Position numbers and translations under genes: made by a program. A model generated the notes under the pieces. It was not told the origin of the DNA. It worked only from the letters and a program-made list of their open reading frames with translations, and did not search any database. Below are positions 28,653 through 39,378 of a stretch of DNA of 64,000 bases, piece by piece. The DNA lies in IMG/VR virus record IMGVR_UViG_3300035665_000001, positions 1-64,000 of that record; one strand, written 5' to 3'. Numbering within the stretch: position 1 is the stretch's first letter; every line of letters starts with the position of its first letter.

Positions 28653-29399
28653 CGCTGCAATTTTACTATCTAAACAGATAACATATTCCAACATCAAAAT
28701 CTTGTAATTCATATCAAACATACGTTTAACCGGTATCTGAACCTTATCAGGTACCGCAATGTTTCCCAAAATTTCAAGTGATTCATCCAAAATAACCTCA
28801 AGATATTTTCCATCTGAAGTTTCCTGCAAATTTGTGGGATCCTCAACAATACTTAAAATAAAATCTCTATATTTATCTACCGTATCCTCTATAGATCTTT
28901 CGGCTTCACGAATATAAAAATCTCTAGGAACAAACCTTTTAGTGTTTCCAACAAACATACTTCTTGGGTAAGTAATTACTTTTGCATTTGTTTCATGACG
29001 AACTGTAAATAGATTCATACCGTTGTACATTTCATTATGATCCAATACAGTGACCTCATCACCACTGTTAATATCGATAAAATGTTTATTTCTAACCGAA
29101 GATGTGTTCCGCCTTCTTTCCTCCATTTGGGTTAATGCAATATTCACATCATCAGTTGTACCCAACACATCTTTAGAAATCTGAATAACAGTAACTCCAG
29201 GGGTATTACCATTATTAGCAACGTTATATTGTAACGCATCATTAACAGCTGATGCGACATTTTTAGTTATGTCATCAACACTTACCGTTTCAACCGAGGT
29301 TACTGGTTGTGGAAGTATTGATTTACCATTTTTTTTGAAAAAAACATCATTAATGTCACCAAAACTTTCCCCACTAATTTTACTAAAATCGAATGCCAT
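28626..29399 (-). CDS. Hypothetical protein
   Basis: 257-aa ORF with AAGG SD. Confidence 0.7.
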   Translation of the reverse strand: MAFDFSKISGESFGDINDVFFKKNGKSILPQPVTSVETVSVDDITKNVASAVNDALQYNVANNGNTPGVTVIQISKDVLGTTDDVNIALTQMEERRRNTSSVRNKHFIDINSGDEVTVLDHNEMYNGMNLFTVRHETNAKVITYPRSMFVGNTKRFVPRDFYIREAERSIEDTVDKYRDFILSIVEDPTNLQETSDGKYLEVILDESLEILGNIAVPDKVQIPVKRMFDMNYKILMLEYVICLDSKIAALLFIDIWF

Positions 29400-29431
29400 T
29401 TTAAATACCTTTTTTAACTATTTTTATATAT

Positions 29432-29568
29432 TATATCTGACATTGAGCAGGGATGTTTCATAAATTTTTGATTTTTAATAACTAAGTTCTTGATGGCATA
29501 AAAAACATCAGAAATACTTACTTATAAATCAATATGTTAAGCTATACCTGCTCAATGTCGGTTATATA
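29432..29568. repeat. Inverted-repeat-bounded intergenic element
   Basis: GACATTGAGCAGG (29439-29451) / CCTGCTCAATGTC (29547-29559), perfect 13 bp and GC-rich relative to background. Confidence 0.8.
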
Positions 29569-29590
29569 GGATATTTATATCATTTTTTAG

Positions 29591-29623
29591 CAAAAAACCC
29601 CAACCTAAAGGTTGGAGTTTTTT
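29591..29623 (-). terminator. Rho-independent terminator after the fibre genes
   Basis: AAAAACCCCAACC-TAAA-GGTTGGAGTTTTT stem with T-runs on both sides. Confidence 0.7.
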
Positions 29624-29635
29624 AAATTAAAATTA

Positions 29636-31036
29636 TCAAAAATACAAATATTCAATCATAACTTTTGCTAATGATGTATCACCAATCTCGGTTAATGTAG
29701 TGTTGTAAATATTCAAATAAGTGCCATCACCAGTAGTACATTCAACATCAAAACTAATACCGGCTGAAGAAACAATTCTCGCAGTACCATAGTGTAATGG
29801 TTTTACGATGTTATGAGTTAACACACCAGTAATTTCAAACTGTGTAAAATCTGTTTGTGCATAAACAGTAATATTCACATTGTTTAATAAAAAAGAATCT
29901 ACTGCAACTCGTGGAATTAAACTAATCGTGTCGGTTAATGCCTGATCACCCAATTGTCTAGCAGTAACTTCATCAGAAACAGAAGTGGCAATTGTTATAT
30001 CCGCGTTTTGTCTAATAACGGCTTCACCTGAAATAGCGTTATTCAACGCAGTTTCAGATACTTGTCTAGCAGTTTTTTCTGCGTTAATTGTAGCAGTTAA
30101 TGTTAAATCAGCAGATTTATATTCTGTGGTTAATATATTTATAGCATCATTATTAGACAATACATAACTTGCAAAAGTAGAATCATTAGTGGTATCAACT
30201 GAATTAACCAAAGTAACAATTTCTGCAAATGAATCTTTATCAGCATCAGATGCAAGTAATATAGAATCAATTCTCATCTTTTCTACTGTAATAGCATTAT
30301 TCAACTTTGCATCTTCGAGTTGTCTACTATTAATTTCATCAGCAAGTAACACAGATAAAGCTGCGTCCGCTGCTTGTCTAGATGCTTCCTCATTAGAAAT
30401 AGATGTAGCCAAAGTTGCATCAACAGTTTGTCTTTTAGTTGATTCTGTTAAGATAGATGTTGATAATGTTACATCGGAAGATTTATATGCAGAATCTAAC
30501 AAACTAATGGTTGACGCTAAAGAGGAATATGCTGTTTGTCTTGCAGACATTTCTGCAGCAATAGAAGTTGATAAACTAACATCCGCCAACTTATATGCTG
30601 AATCCAGGGATGATATTATTGATGTTAAAGTATCATCATTCAATTGTCTAGTATTAGCCTCATTAGCAATTGATGCTGTTAATGAGGTAACTGCAGCATT
30701 TATTGCAGAATTAATTGCTGCAGCAACATTTGCATTTGGATTAACAGTAATGTAATCTGCGATCTCTTTTAATGTGTTTAAGGCTTCAGGGGCGGAACCA
30801 ATTAAATCAGCAATCACCTTTCTAAATGAACCATCAACGTTTGAATCACCATTCAACACAGTTAATAAGTTGTTAATTTGTGTATCTGCTGATGTTCTTT
30901 CAGCAATTTCAGTGTTAATTGCAGTAGCTAATGCTGTTTCCGCATTAGTTGCGTTAGTATTAATCGTTTCCAATAATGAGGCCAAGGTTGTTGGTAAACC
31001 TTTTATACTTCTTTGACTATATGTAATTTGTGTCAT
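29636..31036 (-). CDS. Coiled-coil fibre/structural protein
   Basis: Repeated E..xRQxxD..L coiled-coil units and APEALNTLKEIAD motif typical of phage fibres. Confidence 0.7.
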   Translation of the reverse strand: MTQITYSQRSIKGLPTTLASLLETINTNATNAETALATAINTEIAERTSADTQINNLLTVLNGDSNVDGSFRKVIADLIGSAPEALNTLKEIADYITVNPNANVAAAINSAINAAVTSLTASIANEANTRQLNDDTLTSIISSLDSAYKLADVSLSTSIAAEMSARQTAYSSLASTISLLDSAYKSSDVTLSTSILTESTKRQTVDATLATSISNEEASRQAADAALSVLLADEINSRQLEDAKLNNAITVEKMRIDSILLASDADKDSFAEIVTLVNSVDTTNDSTFASYVLSNNDAINILTTEYKSADLTLTATINAEKTARQVSETALNNAISGEAVIRQNADITIATSVSDEVTARQLGDQALTDTISLIPRVAVDSFLLNNVNITVYAQTDFTQFEITGVLTHNIVKPLHYGTARIVSSAGISFDVECTTGDGTYLNIYNTTLTEIGDTSLAKVMIEYLYF

Positions 31037-31123
31037 CTTTTAATCTCCATAAATTATAATTGTATAGTAGTTTCTACTATTTTTTTTGTATTTAAATCTG
31101 AATATATCAAAATAGTATTTAAA

Positions 31124-33088
31124 TTATCCACCAAACAATGTACGAACGTTACCACCATTTTCCGTATATGTATATTGAATCACTAAAGTTGAATTTTCAA
31201 ATGTAGTAATATCATCCCATTCAGTAATATGTAGTGAAAAATATATTTTATCACTAACAGTAGCCGATAAATTTAATGATATTCCATTTGCAGCAGTAAA
31301 CCTAACCTCTCGAAAATTTAAAAAATCTAAAACTTTTCTACCTTTAAACACATCTAAACCACCAAAATAAACAGGGTTAAATTCAACATTACATACCTTA
31401 TCATGATTATTGGTATCATTGAAAAAAGTAGTAACCAGATTGTTTAAATATGAAATATCACAACCTAACATTGAATTAACATGTAATACACTAGTATCAA
31501 TCTTATGAGATGTTGAAACCACATGATCCAAATAATTTTTTTCTAAATTAATAGTATTGTTGATATTCGTGTTTAAGGTTTCAACAGCAGTTTTTCTCAC
31601 ATTTATTTCATCATTGACGGCATTTTTTCTATTTACAATTTCTTGTGCCAATTCAGTATTTACTGTGTGGACCGCAGAATTATTTGATATAACGTAACCA
31701 GCAAAAATAGAATCATTTTCGGTATCAACTGAACTAATTAAATTTACAATTTCTACAAATGAATCTTTATCAGCAGATGCAGCCGATAAAATTGCGTCGA
31801 TTCTTGTTTTTTCAGTATTTACACGAGTTAATAAATCAGTATTATTGTTTTCAACAGTGATTTCCAATTGTGATACACGATTAACAATAACATTTTCCTG
31901 ATTTACAGCACGATTTCTTTCAATATCAATTTCAGTCAATGTAAATGTTTTACCTGAAATCTCATCCTGGATAAACGTTCCATCCTGTTGTTTTACTGGT
32001 ACAGTTACATAATTTTTACTAGAATCAAAAATGATAAGTGGCATAACACTGGCACCAGTATCAATTTCCAAACCAACATTATCAGTTAAAATTCCAGAAA
32101 ACCCTTTGTTGATGGTGATTATATTATCGCTAACATTGAGGGTAGTTGTTTGAATATTGACATTTTTACCTTTTATAGTTAAATCACCATCAATATTTGT
32201 GTTACCATCAACTTGCAATGATTTAGTGATTCTTACATTGTTGGGTATATTAGTTTCATCTTTCAGTTCATCCCATTGAATAATGGTAGTAGTCCCTTCA
32301 TCACCTCTGAAAACTTCAATACCAGCATTTAAAACAGGTGTTCCAACCGCATTTGAATTTAAAGTAACGATATTATCATCTAATTTAATCTCTTTTGTTT
32401 GAATCGATGTTGTTGTTCCTTTAACAGTCAAATTACCATCAATAACTGTGTTACCACCAACATATAAATGACCTTTAATATGCGAATTTAATTCTGCGAT
32501 TAAATCATTTATAACCGTAATAGTACCACCGACAGTTAAACCTTTTTTAAATGTAACGTTACCAGTTTTTAATATTTCGAGATATTTTGTGTTTATCTCT
32601 AGATAATAATCAGTGGGAACAGTTTCATCTTTTGTCATTAACAAATTTTTATTACCCACATCAAATGCATCTGTCCAAAAAACACCAGTTTTTGGTTTAC
32701 TAACAAATAGATATGCTTGACCTGAAAGTGGTGAATCAAATGTTATTTTGACAGAATTCAAACTAACATCAACACCAAATGATTGCCCAAAAACTTTACC
32801 AAAATTATCATATACAATAATCTGTAAATCATTAGTATGAAACTCAACAGGGATTACCCATTCTAACAAATCTGTAGGTTGTTCAAAAGTATAAACCTCT
32901 TTTTCGTCAGTTAATGGAAACCATCTACCACGTTCCTCACCATCAGCTAAAGTAGCATACAAGTATAATATACCATCAACTACATATAATTCACCGTGTC
33001 GAGCTACTTTTGGTAAAAATTTATCACTGAAACGAGCAATAACTCTATTATCGGTAACAATTGATTTTATTGTTAAATTACCAGCCAT
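31124..33088 (-). CDS. Virion structural/fibre protein
   Basis: Two IDG(N/D)LT(V/I)KG...DNI.T.N beta modules plus a coiled-coil module shared with the next gene. Confidence 0.7.
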   Translation of the reverse strand: MAGNLTIKSIVTDNRVIARFSDKFLPKVARHGELYVVDGILYLYATLADGEERGRWFPLTDEKEVYTFEQPTDLLEWVIPVEFHTNDLQIIVYDNFGKVFGQSFGVDVSLNSVKITFDSPLSGQAYLFVSKPKTGVFWTDAFDVGNKNLLMTKDETVPTDYYLEINTKYLEILKTGNVTFKKGLTVGGTITVINDLIAELNSHIKGHLYVGGNTVIDGNLTVKGTTTSIQTKEIKLDDNIVTLNSNAVGTPVLNAGIEVFRGDEGTTTIIQWDELKDETNIPNNVRITKSLQVDGNTNIDGDLTIKGKNVNIQTTTLNVSDNIITINKGFSGILTDNVGLEIDTGASVMPLIIFDSSKNYVTVPVKQQDGTFIQDEISGKTFTLTEIDIERNRAVNQENVIVNRVSQLEITVENNNTDLLTRVNTEKTRIDAILSAASADKDSFVEIVNLISSVDTENDSIFAGYVISNNSAVHTVNTELAQEIVNRKNAVNDEINVRKTAVETLNTNINNTINLEKNYLDHVVSTSHKIDTSVLHVNSMLGCDISYLNNLVTTFFNDTNNHDKVCNVEFNPVYFGGLDVFKGRKVLDFLNFREVRFTAANGISLNLSATVSDKIYFSLHITEWDDITTFENSTLVIQYTYTENGGNVRTLFGG

Positions 33089-33115
33089 ATTATAAACTCC
33101 TTATTATGTTTTGTG

Positions 33116-33745
33116 TTATTTTACTTCTAACACTTTAAAAATATGTTTTATTTCATCAATCAAACCATCAACGTTATCACTTTTAGTTAACTGACTGCGA
33201 ACCATTGTAGAAATCAACGTATCGATAGATTTCCAATATTTGGTGGCTTTCAATGTTTTACCTGTTATTTCATCCTGTTGAAGAGAATATGTTTGTTTAA
33301 CATCCGAAATTATTAAATCAATGATACTATTAAGTGTTTCACTCTTAACAGAAACCATAGGTTGAACATACATTATTTGTCCACCATCTTCAAAATCTAA
33401 AATTGATGAACTGGTAGTATGGTGTATATCTGTAATGCCAACCATTTGTTCAATAGTTTTATCAAGATCAGAAAAAACCTCATCTGGACTCGTAACAGCC
33501 TGAGTTTCGGTGTTAGTGGATTCATCATCGGTGGGTTCTTCATCAACATCATCGGTTTCTTCAGTATCCTCTGTAGCATCTATATCTTCGGTACCATCAA
33601 CAGGAGTTTCCGAATCATCGGTAACATCACCATCTAAATCCAATGAATCATCATCTAATGATAAATCTTCTTCTGGTGCTTCTTTATCAGCTTCCAGCAA
33701 TCGTCTTCTAGCAGATTCAGCAATGATATTTTTTAATCTAGCCAT
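33116..33745 (-). CDS. Acidic hypothetical protein, possible internal head protein
   Basis: MARLKNIIAESARRRLLEAD then a D/E-rich linker; GGAG SD before ATG 33745. Confidence 0.7.
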   Translation of the reverse strand: MARLKNIIAESARRRLLEADKEAPEEDLSLDDDSLDLDGDVTDDSETPVDGTEDIDATEDTEETDDVDEEPTDDESTNTETQAVTSPDEVFSDLDKTIEQMVGITDIHHTTSSSILDFEDGGQIMYVQPMVSVKSETLNSIIDLIISDVKQTYSLQQDEITGKTLKATKYWKSIDTLISTMVRSQLTKSDNVDGLIDEIKHIFKVLEVK

Positions 33746-33886
33746 AATTAATTTCTCCAATAAAATAATTCTTTTAAACTATATTTATTATCATCTGACA
33801 TTCCTAAACATTTAAACAATTCAAAAAATGTAAAATCTGTAGGATAATAAATAAATTCAACAATTGAGGTTAGAGGATTCAAAATA

Positions 33887-34600
33887 ATGACAACACAAAT
33901 TAATAAGATTATAGCTGTAGAAGGTTTGGATAAAACTGGTAAAACCACATTCGTGGAAGAATTTGATGCCACTTACCATAGTTTATTTGGGTCAACAATA
34001 AACGAATTGAAGAAATTTTCATTTCCCAATGCACTAACTCCCATTGGTAAATCAATTCGGGATGAATTAAATTCTGTGATACCAAACAAATCTATAGTTA
34101 ATACCCCAAACTTTCTTGCTGAGATGTCCCATTATTGGTTAGTCGAATTATTCGAACAACACTATGAAAATTCAATTGAAAAACCCTCCAACAATATCAA
34201 TAAAGAAGTGGTACAGGTAAAAAGTAGAAACTATATCTTTGATAGATATTTCATTTCTACATTAGCATACCAAGCATTTTATAATAATAGTAAAGCAGAT
34301 TTAGATTTTATTAAAACCTCGTTAAACAATAATAAATTTATTAAATTTCCAACAGATATTATTTTACTTGATTTACCAAATTCAATTATAATTGAAAGAA
34401 CTCTAGCAGATAAAGAATCGGGTATAATTGATGCCAATGATACAACAGACGAACTTATTCTTAATAAAAGACGTGAAGCTTATATAAGTGCGATTAAGTT
34501 TTTAAAAGGTGCCGGTATCAATATTCATTGGTTTGAAGATGTTAGTAAAATTGATACCGGTGATCTAGTAAGAGTTTTGATGGGTAAAATTTTCCAATAA
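33887..34600 (+). CDS. tmk: Thymidylate (dTMP) kinase
   Basis: IAVEGLDKTGKTT P-loop; IFDRYFISTLAYQ motif. Confidence 0.88.
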   Translation: MTTQINKIIAVEGLDKTGKTTFVEEFDATYHSLFGSTINELKKFSFPNALTPIGKSIRDELNSVIPNKSIVNTPNFLAEMSHYWLVELFEQHYENSIEKPSNNINKEVVQVKSRNYIFDRYFISTLAYQAFYNNSKADLDFIKTSLNNNKFIKFPTDIILLDLPNSIIIERTLADKESGIIDANDTTDELILNKRREAYISAIKFLKGAGINIHWFEDVSKIDTGDLVRVLMGKIFQ

Positions 34601-34616
34601 CCATCAGTCTTAAAGA

Positions 34617-34814
34617 TTACATAAGTTTTAAAACTTCAATAACTGTAGTTTTTCCACCTAATTTTTTTGAAATAAGTTGCAATTGTTTAAATAAGTCAAT
34701 ATCTTTTTCGGATGCTTCACCATTTTGACACATTGCAACCCATTTTTTAGCATCTTCTTCTGTTGTTTTACCTTTTATTCCAGGTGCACTTTCTTTTAAA
34801 TCACTAATACGCAT
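34617..34814 (-). CDS. Small hypothetical protein
   Basis: AGGAG SD; starts MRISDLKES. Confidence 0.65.
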   Translation of the reverse strand: MRISDLKESAPGIKGKTTEEDAKKWVAMCQNGEASEKDIDLFKQLQLISKKLGGKTTVIEVLKLM

Positions 34815-34830
34815 TATTTTCTCCTTTTTT

Positions 34831-37662
34831 TTAAATATATTTATATTTTTCTATTATTTTTAATTTTAAATCGGGAAATTTATCATCCAACCATAAGGTT
34901 TCAACGGATAAACTATCTTTAAATAAATTAGTTTTGTGCAAATCACTCATAAGAACTTTAAAATCAAACATGGCATCTAAATAAACACCCATAGGTATAT
35001 CTAACAGTTGACGCAATTCAAATTCTTTATCAAGACGAGTTTTACTATCAAAGGTATTCAAATATAATTCAATAAATGTTCCCAATACAATCTTATCACA
35101 TTTTAAATTTTCGGAAAGTAGCATTTTTTTACTTTTTTCACTAATATCTGTCATATAATATGTTATATATTTTACTTCATCATACATGATAGTTCTTATG
35201 GAATCAGAAAATGTTCTTATAAATAATAATTTATCATCTAACGCATCTAAATCATACCCAAATGATTTAATTTCTTCATTCTTTTCATCAATATCACCAC
35301 CATCATACAAATTATATTGTTCAGTTACCAATTTTTTAGATAATAAAAATAAATAGTCATATATTTCATCAAAATTAGTTTTTTCTGTAATATATAGTAC
35401 AGTTTTTAGTGCGATATTAACCGCTTTCAATCGGTGTGGCGTCATTGATGTCAACGTAAATCGTTTATGCCATACACCACTTATCAACTCATAATTATAA
35501 TCATCCGGATTATCTACAACAGACCCTAACAAATCTAAATCTAATTTATCAATAAAACCATCTCTATTAACATCGTAAATTGGTTTTCCATGATTATCAA
35601 ACATTATTGCCTGTGCTAAATCTGGTGAAACAGTTTGTTGACCAGATAATAATTCTTCCTGAGTTATATTTGATTTACCAACATTAGTGATGTCGATATA
35701 TAATTTTGATTTATCAACCAAATTGAGTAATCTATTAGATTTTTCTATTATTGCATCATAATCTAACCCATATTTGTTTTTAATAACATCAAGAATATAT
35801 TTACTATTCAATGAACCAGATTGTAATGATTTATAAGCCAATATACAAACCACATATTCAATCAATTGAGTAAATCTAACATTTAATAAATCACCATAAT
35901 TGAATAAATTATAAAATGATCGATCGAGTTCAAAATCAACTTTCACATTATCATAATTAAATCCAATGTTACACGTTTCAGACACAGTAAATATCCTAAA
36001 ATCAAAATGTTTGATGTCAATATTATTTTTATCAGTAGTAATAACTACCCCACGAATAATAACTTTTTTACCATCAACGAGAATTATCAATCCAAAAGCG
36101 GAATTTATAAGAAGGTCCTTACTATCTACAGTGACAATACCTTCATTGTCACTTGATTCATCAGAAACAACCACACCATTGTTATTTTCTACAATAAGTT
36201 TCAAAGAAATATTTGCCAATGTATGAATTTTTAAAGTGTTATCATCCCCCCATACCAACAAACATTTCAAATCATCTTGACCAACATTATCCGTTTCATA
36301 CGTTGGTGAAATAATATCTTGTATAATTAATGGCAATTTATCGTATGGTATTTCATTCTCATAAACAAATATCGATACTTTTTTTGATAACTTACAACGA
36401 TCATTTAAAGTTTCCTCATGTAACTTTAAAGCTTCTATACCTGCAAGATAACCACTCAACCGATATAGTGTATCAGTAACATCTATCCTAACCGTGCCAA
36501 ACAATGATAATTTGTCAGAATTTAACATAGGTATATTAGTACGATTAAACGCATTTGTAACCAAATTATTATCTAGTAACTTTAAATATATATAAAGAGT
36601 TTCACTCAAATCATTACATAAATCATCTACAATTTTTAAATTACTCTCAATAGAATAAGTGGATAATAATTCTGTCAACTTAGAATTTTCATATAGATAT
36701 TTTAACTCGTTTATCTCATTAACAACATAATTAATTGTATCTGGATAAAACACTTTTTTTTGTCCCTTGTAATCAACTGTCAATTTACTTGAATCGATAA
36801 CATTGCCATTGGCATCTAATCGATGATTATCAATTAAAATCTTATACCAATCAAACGCAATTTTATACTCTTTGTCTATTATGGTATTACGCACAAATCC
36901 TTCCAAGCTACCCAATCTATCCTCAGTAATTATTTTTTTAGGTTTATAATCGTTCAAATCACGTATTTTATTACCAACACTATAATCGGTATCATCCAAT
37001 TTAACACCACCATATCTATTATCTAACATACTCAGTTCAAATTTTAGATTTGTCGACCAAATTTTTGGTTGTGTTATAATATATCCAGTCAAATAAAATG
37101 TCATGGTGACAACAGCTGAACATTTTTGTGATTCAGGGTCAGTATCAATTTCAACAGAATCTAGAAAAACCTCAGTTGTAGAAATAGGTGAACCTGGCAA
37201 TGGTTCAATTGTTACTTGTTGTGGTGAGTTAAAATATGGTATTATTTGTTCAGTTATTTCGAAAGCTTGATAATCGGATGATGCCCAACAAACCAACTCC
37301 ATCGTAAATTTATATGGTGAGGGATTCATGGTAACATAACCAATGTTATACCCATATTTACGCATATCAACAGTGATAGTATCATGCGGTGCACGTCTTT
37401 TATCAGTATTTCTCTCAATACCAACCATTCTAAATGATAACATAGGAATACTAATATCCTTCAATCTATTAACATTTGAGGTTGCATCATTATCAACATT
37501 ATTTTCAAGATGGGATATAACATCTGAAGGTGAACCATAATTGATAGGTACAACTTTTATCTTTCCAGTTGCATCAGAATATGGAATTTCAGAGAATAAA
37601 CTCGCAAACCCAACCAAATATGTTTTTATTTGTTGACCATTGAAATGTAGATTTTTATTCAT
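34831..37662 (-). CDS. Tail terminator/sheath stabiliser (T4 gp15-like) with long C-terminal extension
   Basis: HFNGQQIKTYLVGFASLFS..VVPINYG..IPMLSF..PSPYKFTMEL..QAFEITEQIIPYFN is the gp15 pattern. Follows gp13/gp14; late promoter at 37697-37704. Confidence 0.8.
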   Translation of the reverse strand: MNKNLHFNGQQIKTYLVGFASLFSEIPYSDATGKIKVVPINYGSPSDVISHLENNVDNDATSNVNRLKDISIPMLSFRMVGIERNTDKRRAPHDTITVDMRKYGYNIGYVTMNPSPYKFTMELVCWASSDYQAFEITEQIIPYFNSPQQVTIEPLPGSPISTTEVFLDSVEIDTDPESQKCSAVVTMTFYLTGYIITQPKIWSTNLKFELSMLDNRYGGVKLDDTDYSVGNKIRDLNDYKPKKIITEDRLGSLEGFVRNTIIDKEYKIAFDWYKILIDNHRLDANGNVIDSSKLTVDYKGQKKVFYPDTINYVVNEINELKYLYENSKLTELLSTYSIESNLKIVDDLCNDLSETLYIYLKLLDNNLVTNAFNRTNIPMLNSDKLSLFGTVRIDVTDTLYRLSGYLAGIEALKLHEETLNDRCKLSKKVSIFVYENEIPYDKLPLIIQDIISPTYETDNVGQDDLKCLLVWGDDNTLKIHTLANISLKLIVENNNGVVVSDESSDNEGIVTVDSKDLLINSAFGLIILVDGKKVIIRGVVITTDKNNIDIKHFDFRIFTVSETCNIGFNYDNVKVDFELDRSFYNLFNYGDLLNVRFTQLIEYVVCILAYKSLQSGSLNSKYILDVIKNKYGLDYDAIIEKSNRLLNLVDKSKLYIDITNVGKSNITQEELLSGQQTVSPDLAQAIMFDNHGKPIYDVNRDGFIDKLDLDLLGSVVDNPDDYNYELISGVWHKRFTLTSMTPHRLKAVNIALKTVLYITEKTNFDEIYDYLFLLSKKLVTEQYNLYDGGDIDEKNEEIKSFGYDLDALDDKLLFIRTFSDSIRTIMYDEVKYITYYMTDISEKSKKMLLSENLKCDKIVLGTFIELYLNTFDSKTRLDKEFELRQLLDIPMGVYLDAMFDFKVLMSDLHKTNLFKDSLSVETLWLDDKFPDLKLKIIEKYKYI

Positions 37663-37758
37663 ATTTAGTTAAACCTTATAAGTAGAAACACACCTATATT
37701 TATAACCCATTTGAAGAAAAAATATCAATTATAAGATTATCAAAAAAAGATAACCAAC

Positions 37759-38520
37759 CTATAATCGCATAGTCATGATGTCCAATTCAGTATCAAGTGA
37801 TCGTTTTTTAGGTTTACTAGGATTGTCGGATTTTACTTTTTGTTGTTTTATTTCTTCATTGGAAGCAATTTGAGTTTTACCATCCATGATATTTAACACT
37901 TCTTCTAACTTAGCGTATGTATCTTTATAGTTTTCACCAACATCATCAAACTTATCTAACTGTGATGTATAATTGTCATATGTCGCCTTATTCAATGTTA
38001 ACATACAAAATATGTTTTCCCATAAATTTGCATTTCCATAAAAAACATCTGTTACTTTGTATCTAGTTACATCCCTAACAGTTTCAACTATGTCACCGAT
38101 AAGTGGTTTTCTACCTAACTTTTCAGACAATTCATCAACATGCAAAAATATTTGCTGATCGCTACCCATTGGCATCATAACTCCCCATTTAGACATATCC
38201 ATTTGATATTCCTGTGGTGTCCATGTACCTATCATATCAATAGGTTCTCCCAAAACGATGGAGTTAGTATCTTTCAAGATATTATCATCAAAAACAGTAT
38301 TTGGATTTTTAGAATTTGGATCAATGGGGAAATATTTTAATGGGGCACCATTCAATCTAACTTTTTCTCTTGCGATGCGTTTGATTAACTTAATATCTTT
38401 CAATTTTGCATTATTTTTCCCAGCATATACTTTTAAAGAGTCAGGACCAGATTCTTTAATCGAGTGAGTTATTGAAAAACCGGTTGGTAAAATTTCATTT
38501 AAAAATGATTCTCTGTTCAT
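37759..38520 (-). CDS. Neck protein (T4 gp14-like)
   Basis: REKVRLNG..LKYFP, MSKWG, LGRKPLIGDIV; synteny with gp13 and gp15. Confidence 0.7.
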   Translation of the reverse strand: MNRESFLNEILPTGFSITHSIKESGPDSLKVYAGKNNAKLKDIKLIKRIAREKVRLNGAPLKYFPIDPNSKNPNTVFDDNILKDTNSIVLGEPIDMIGTWTPQEYQMDMSKWGVMMPMGSDQQIFLHVDELSEKLGRKPLIGDIVETVRDVTRYKVTDVFYGNANLWENIFCMLTLNKATYDNYTSQLDKFDDVGENYKDTYAKLEEVLNIMDGKTQIASNEEIKQQKVKSDNPSKPKKRSLDTELDIMTMRL

Positions 38521-38673
38521 GACATTTCCCGAATATTGATAGATACTATATATTTATGCCAAAAAATTATATTATCAATACGATATTGTTAAGAAATTTT
38601 AAATATTATCGTGTGTTGGTTAAATACAAAACCACTATAAGGTAACTATTTTTAGATGCGGACTATGCAAAAT

Positions 38674-39348
38674 TTACCCAATGTATATGCCACCACAATC
38701 CAATACTGACTTATCCCATAATTCCTGTTCTAATTTGTCGATTTCAGTTTGAGCTTGAGAAATCAAATCGGAACCATTCATAGATAAATCATTTGGAGCA
38801 GAGACGCCAGTGTATTTACTTCTTATCAAACCAAGATTAAATTTTGCTTGTGCGAGTGCATATTTTTGTACCCATGGATCACCGTAAATTGGTGCCAAAT
38901 CTTTATATTTCATAACTTTAGCGGCAACATTTTTATCAGTTGTAGGTGCAAAATCTGTTTGAAAATAACGAACGCCATCCTTATACAAGATACGAGTGTG
39001 TACCGGATTAGTTGTTTTTTGTAAAGCATTATCATTTTGTATCATCCCCAACATAGTAATCTCATATGCCTGTCCAAAAGTCTCAGGAATAAGTGTTACA
39101 CCAGTTCCACCAGTTAACGCATTTATAGAAATAATGAAATCAACGTCATCGGGTACTAAATGATAATTTTTACCTGCGGTTAAACGCAATACCGTCCATT
39201 CTTCATTCCATGCTTCAGACGAATTGTGTCCATAATAATTGATGGTATGATAGATAATCATATCCAAATCGGAATCCGATAATTCAACATCAGTTTGAGA
39301 GGAACCCAACATAGATAAAATGTAGGTTTTTAAAAAATCTTTAGTCAT
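38674..39348 (-). CDS. Neck protein (T4 gp13-like)
   Basis: LKTYILSMLG...DVEL; WVQKYALAQAKFNLGLIRSKY...MNGSDLISQAQTEIDKLE. Confidence 0.85.
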   Translation of the reverse strand: MTKDFLKTYILSMLGSSQTDVELSDSDLDMIIYHTINYYGHNSSEAWNEEWTVLRLTAGKNYHLVPDDVDFIISINALTGGTGVTLIPETFGQAYEITMLGMIQNDNALQKTTNPVHTRILYKDGVRYFQTDFAPTTDKNVAAKVMKYKDLAPIYGDPWVQKYALAQAKFNLGLIRSKYTGVSAPNDLSMNGSDLISQAQTEIDKLEQELWDKSVLDCGGIYIG

Positions 39349-39378
39349 TGTGAATTCCTCTAAACAAAAAAGTATATT

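Noticed and set aside
30149-31813. Diversity-generating retroelement template/variable repeat pair
   Set aside because: Differences are not restricted to adenines, both copies are mid-gene coding sequence, and no reverse transcriptase is in the window.
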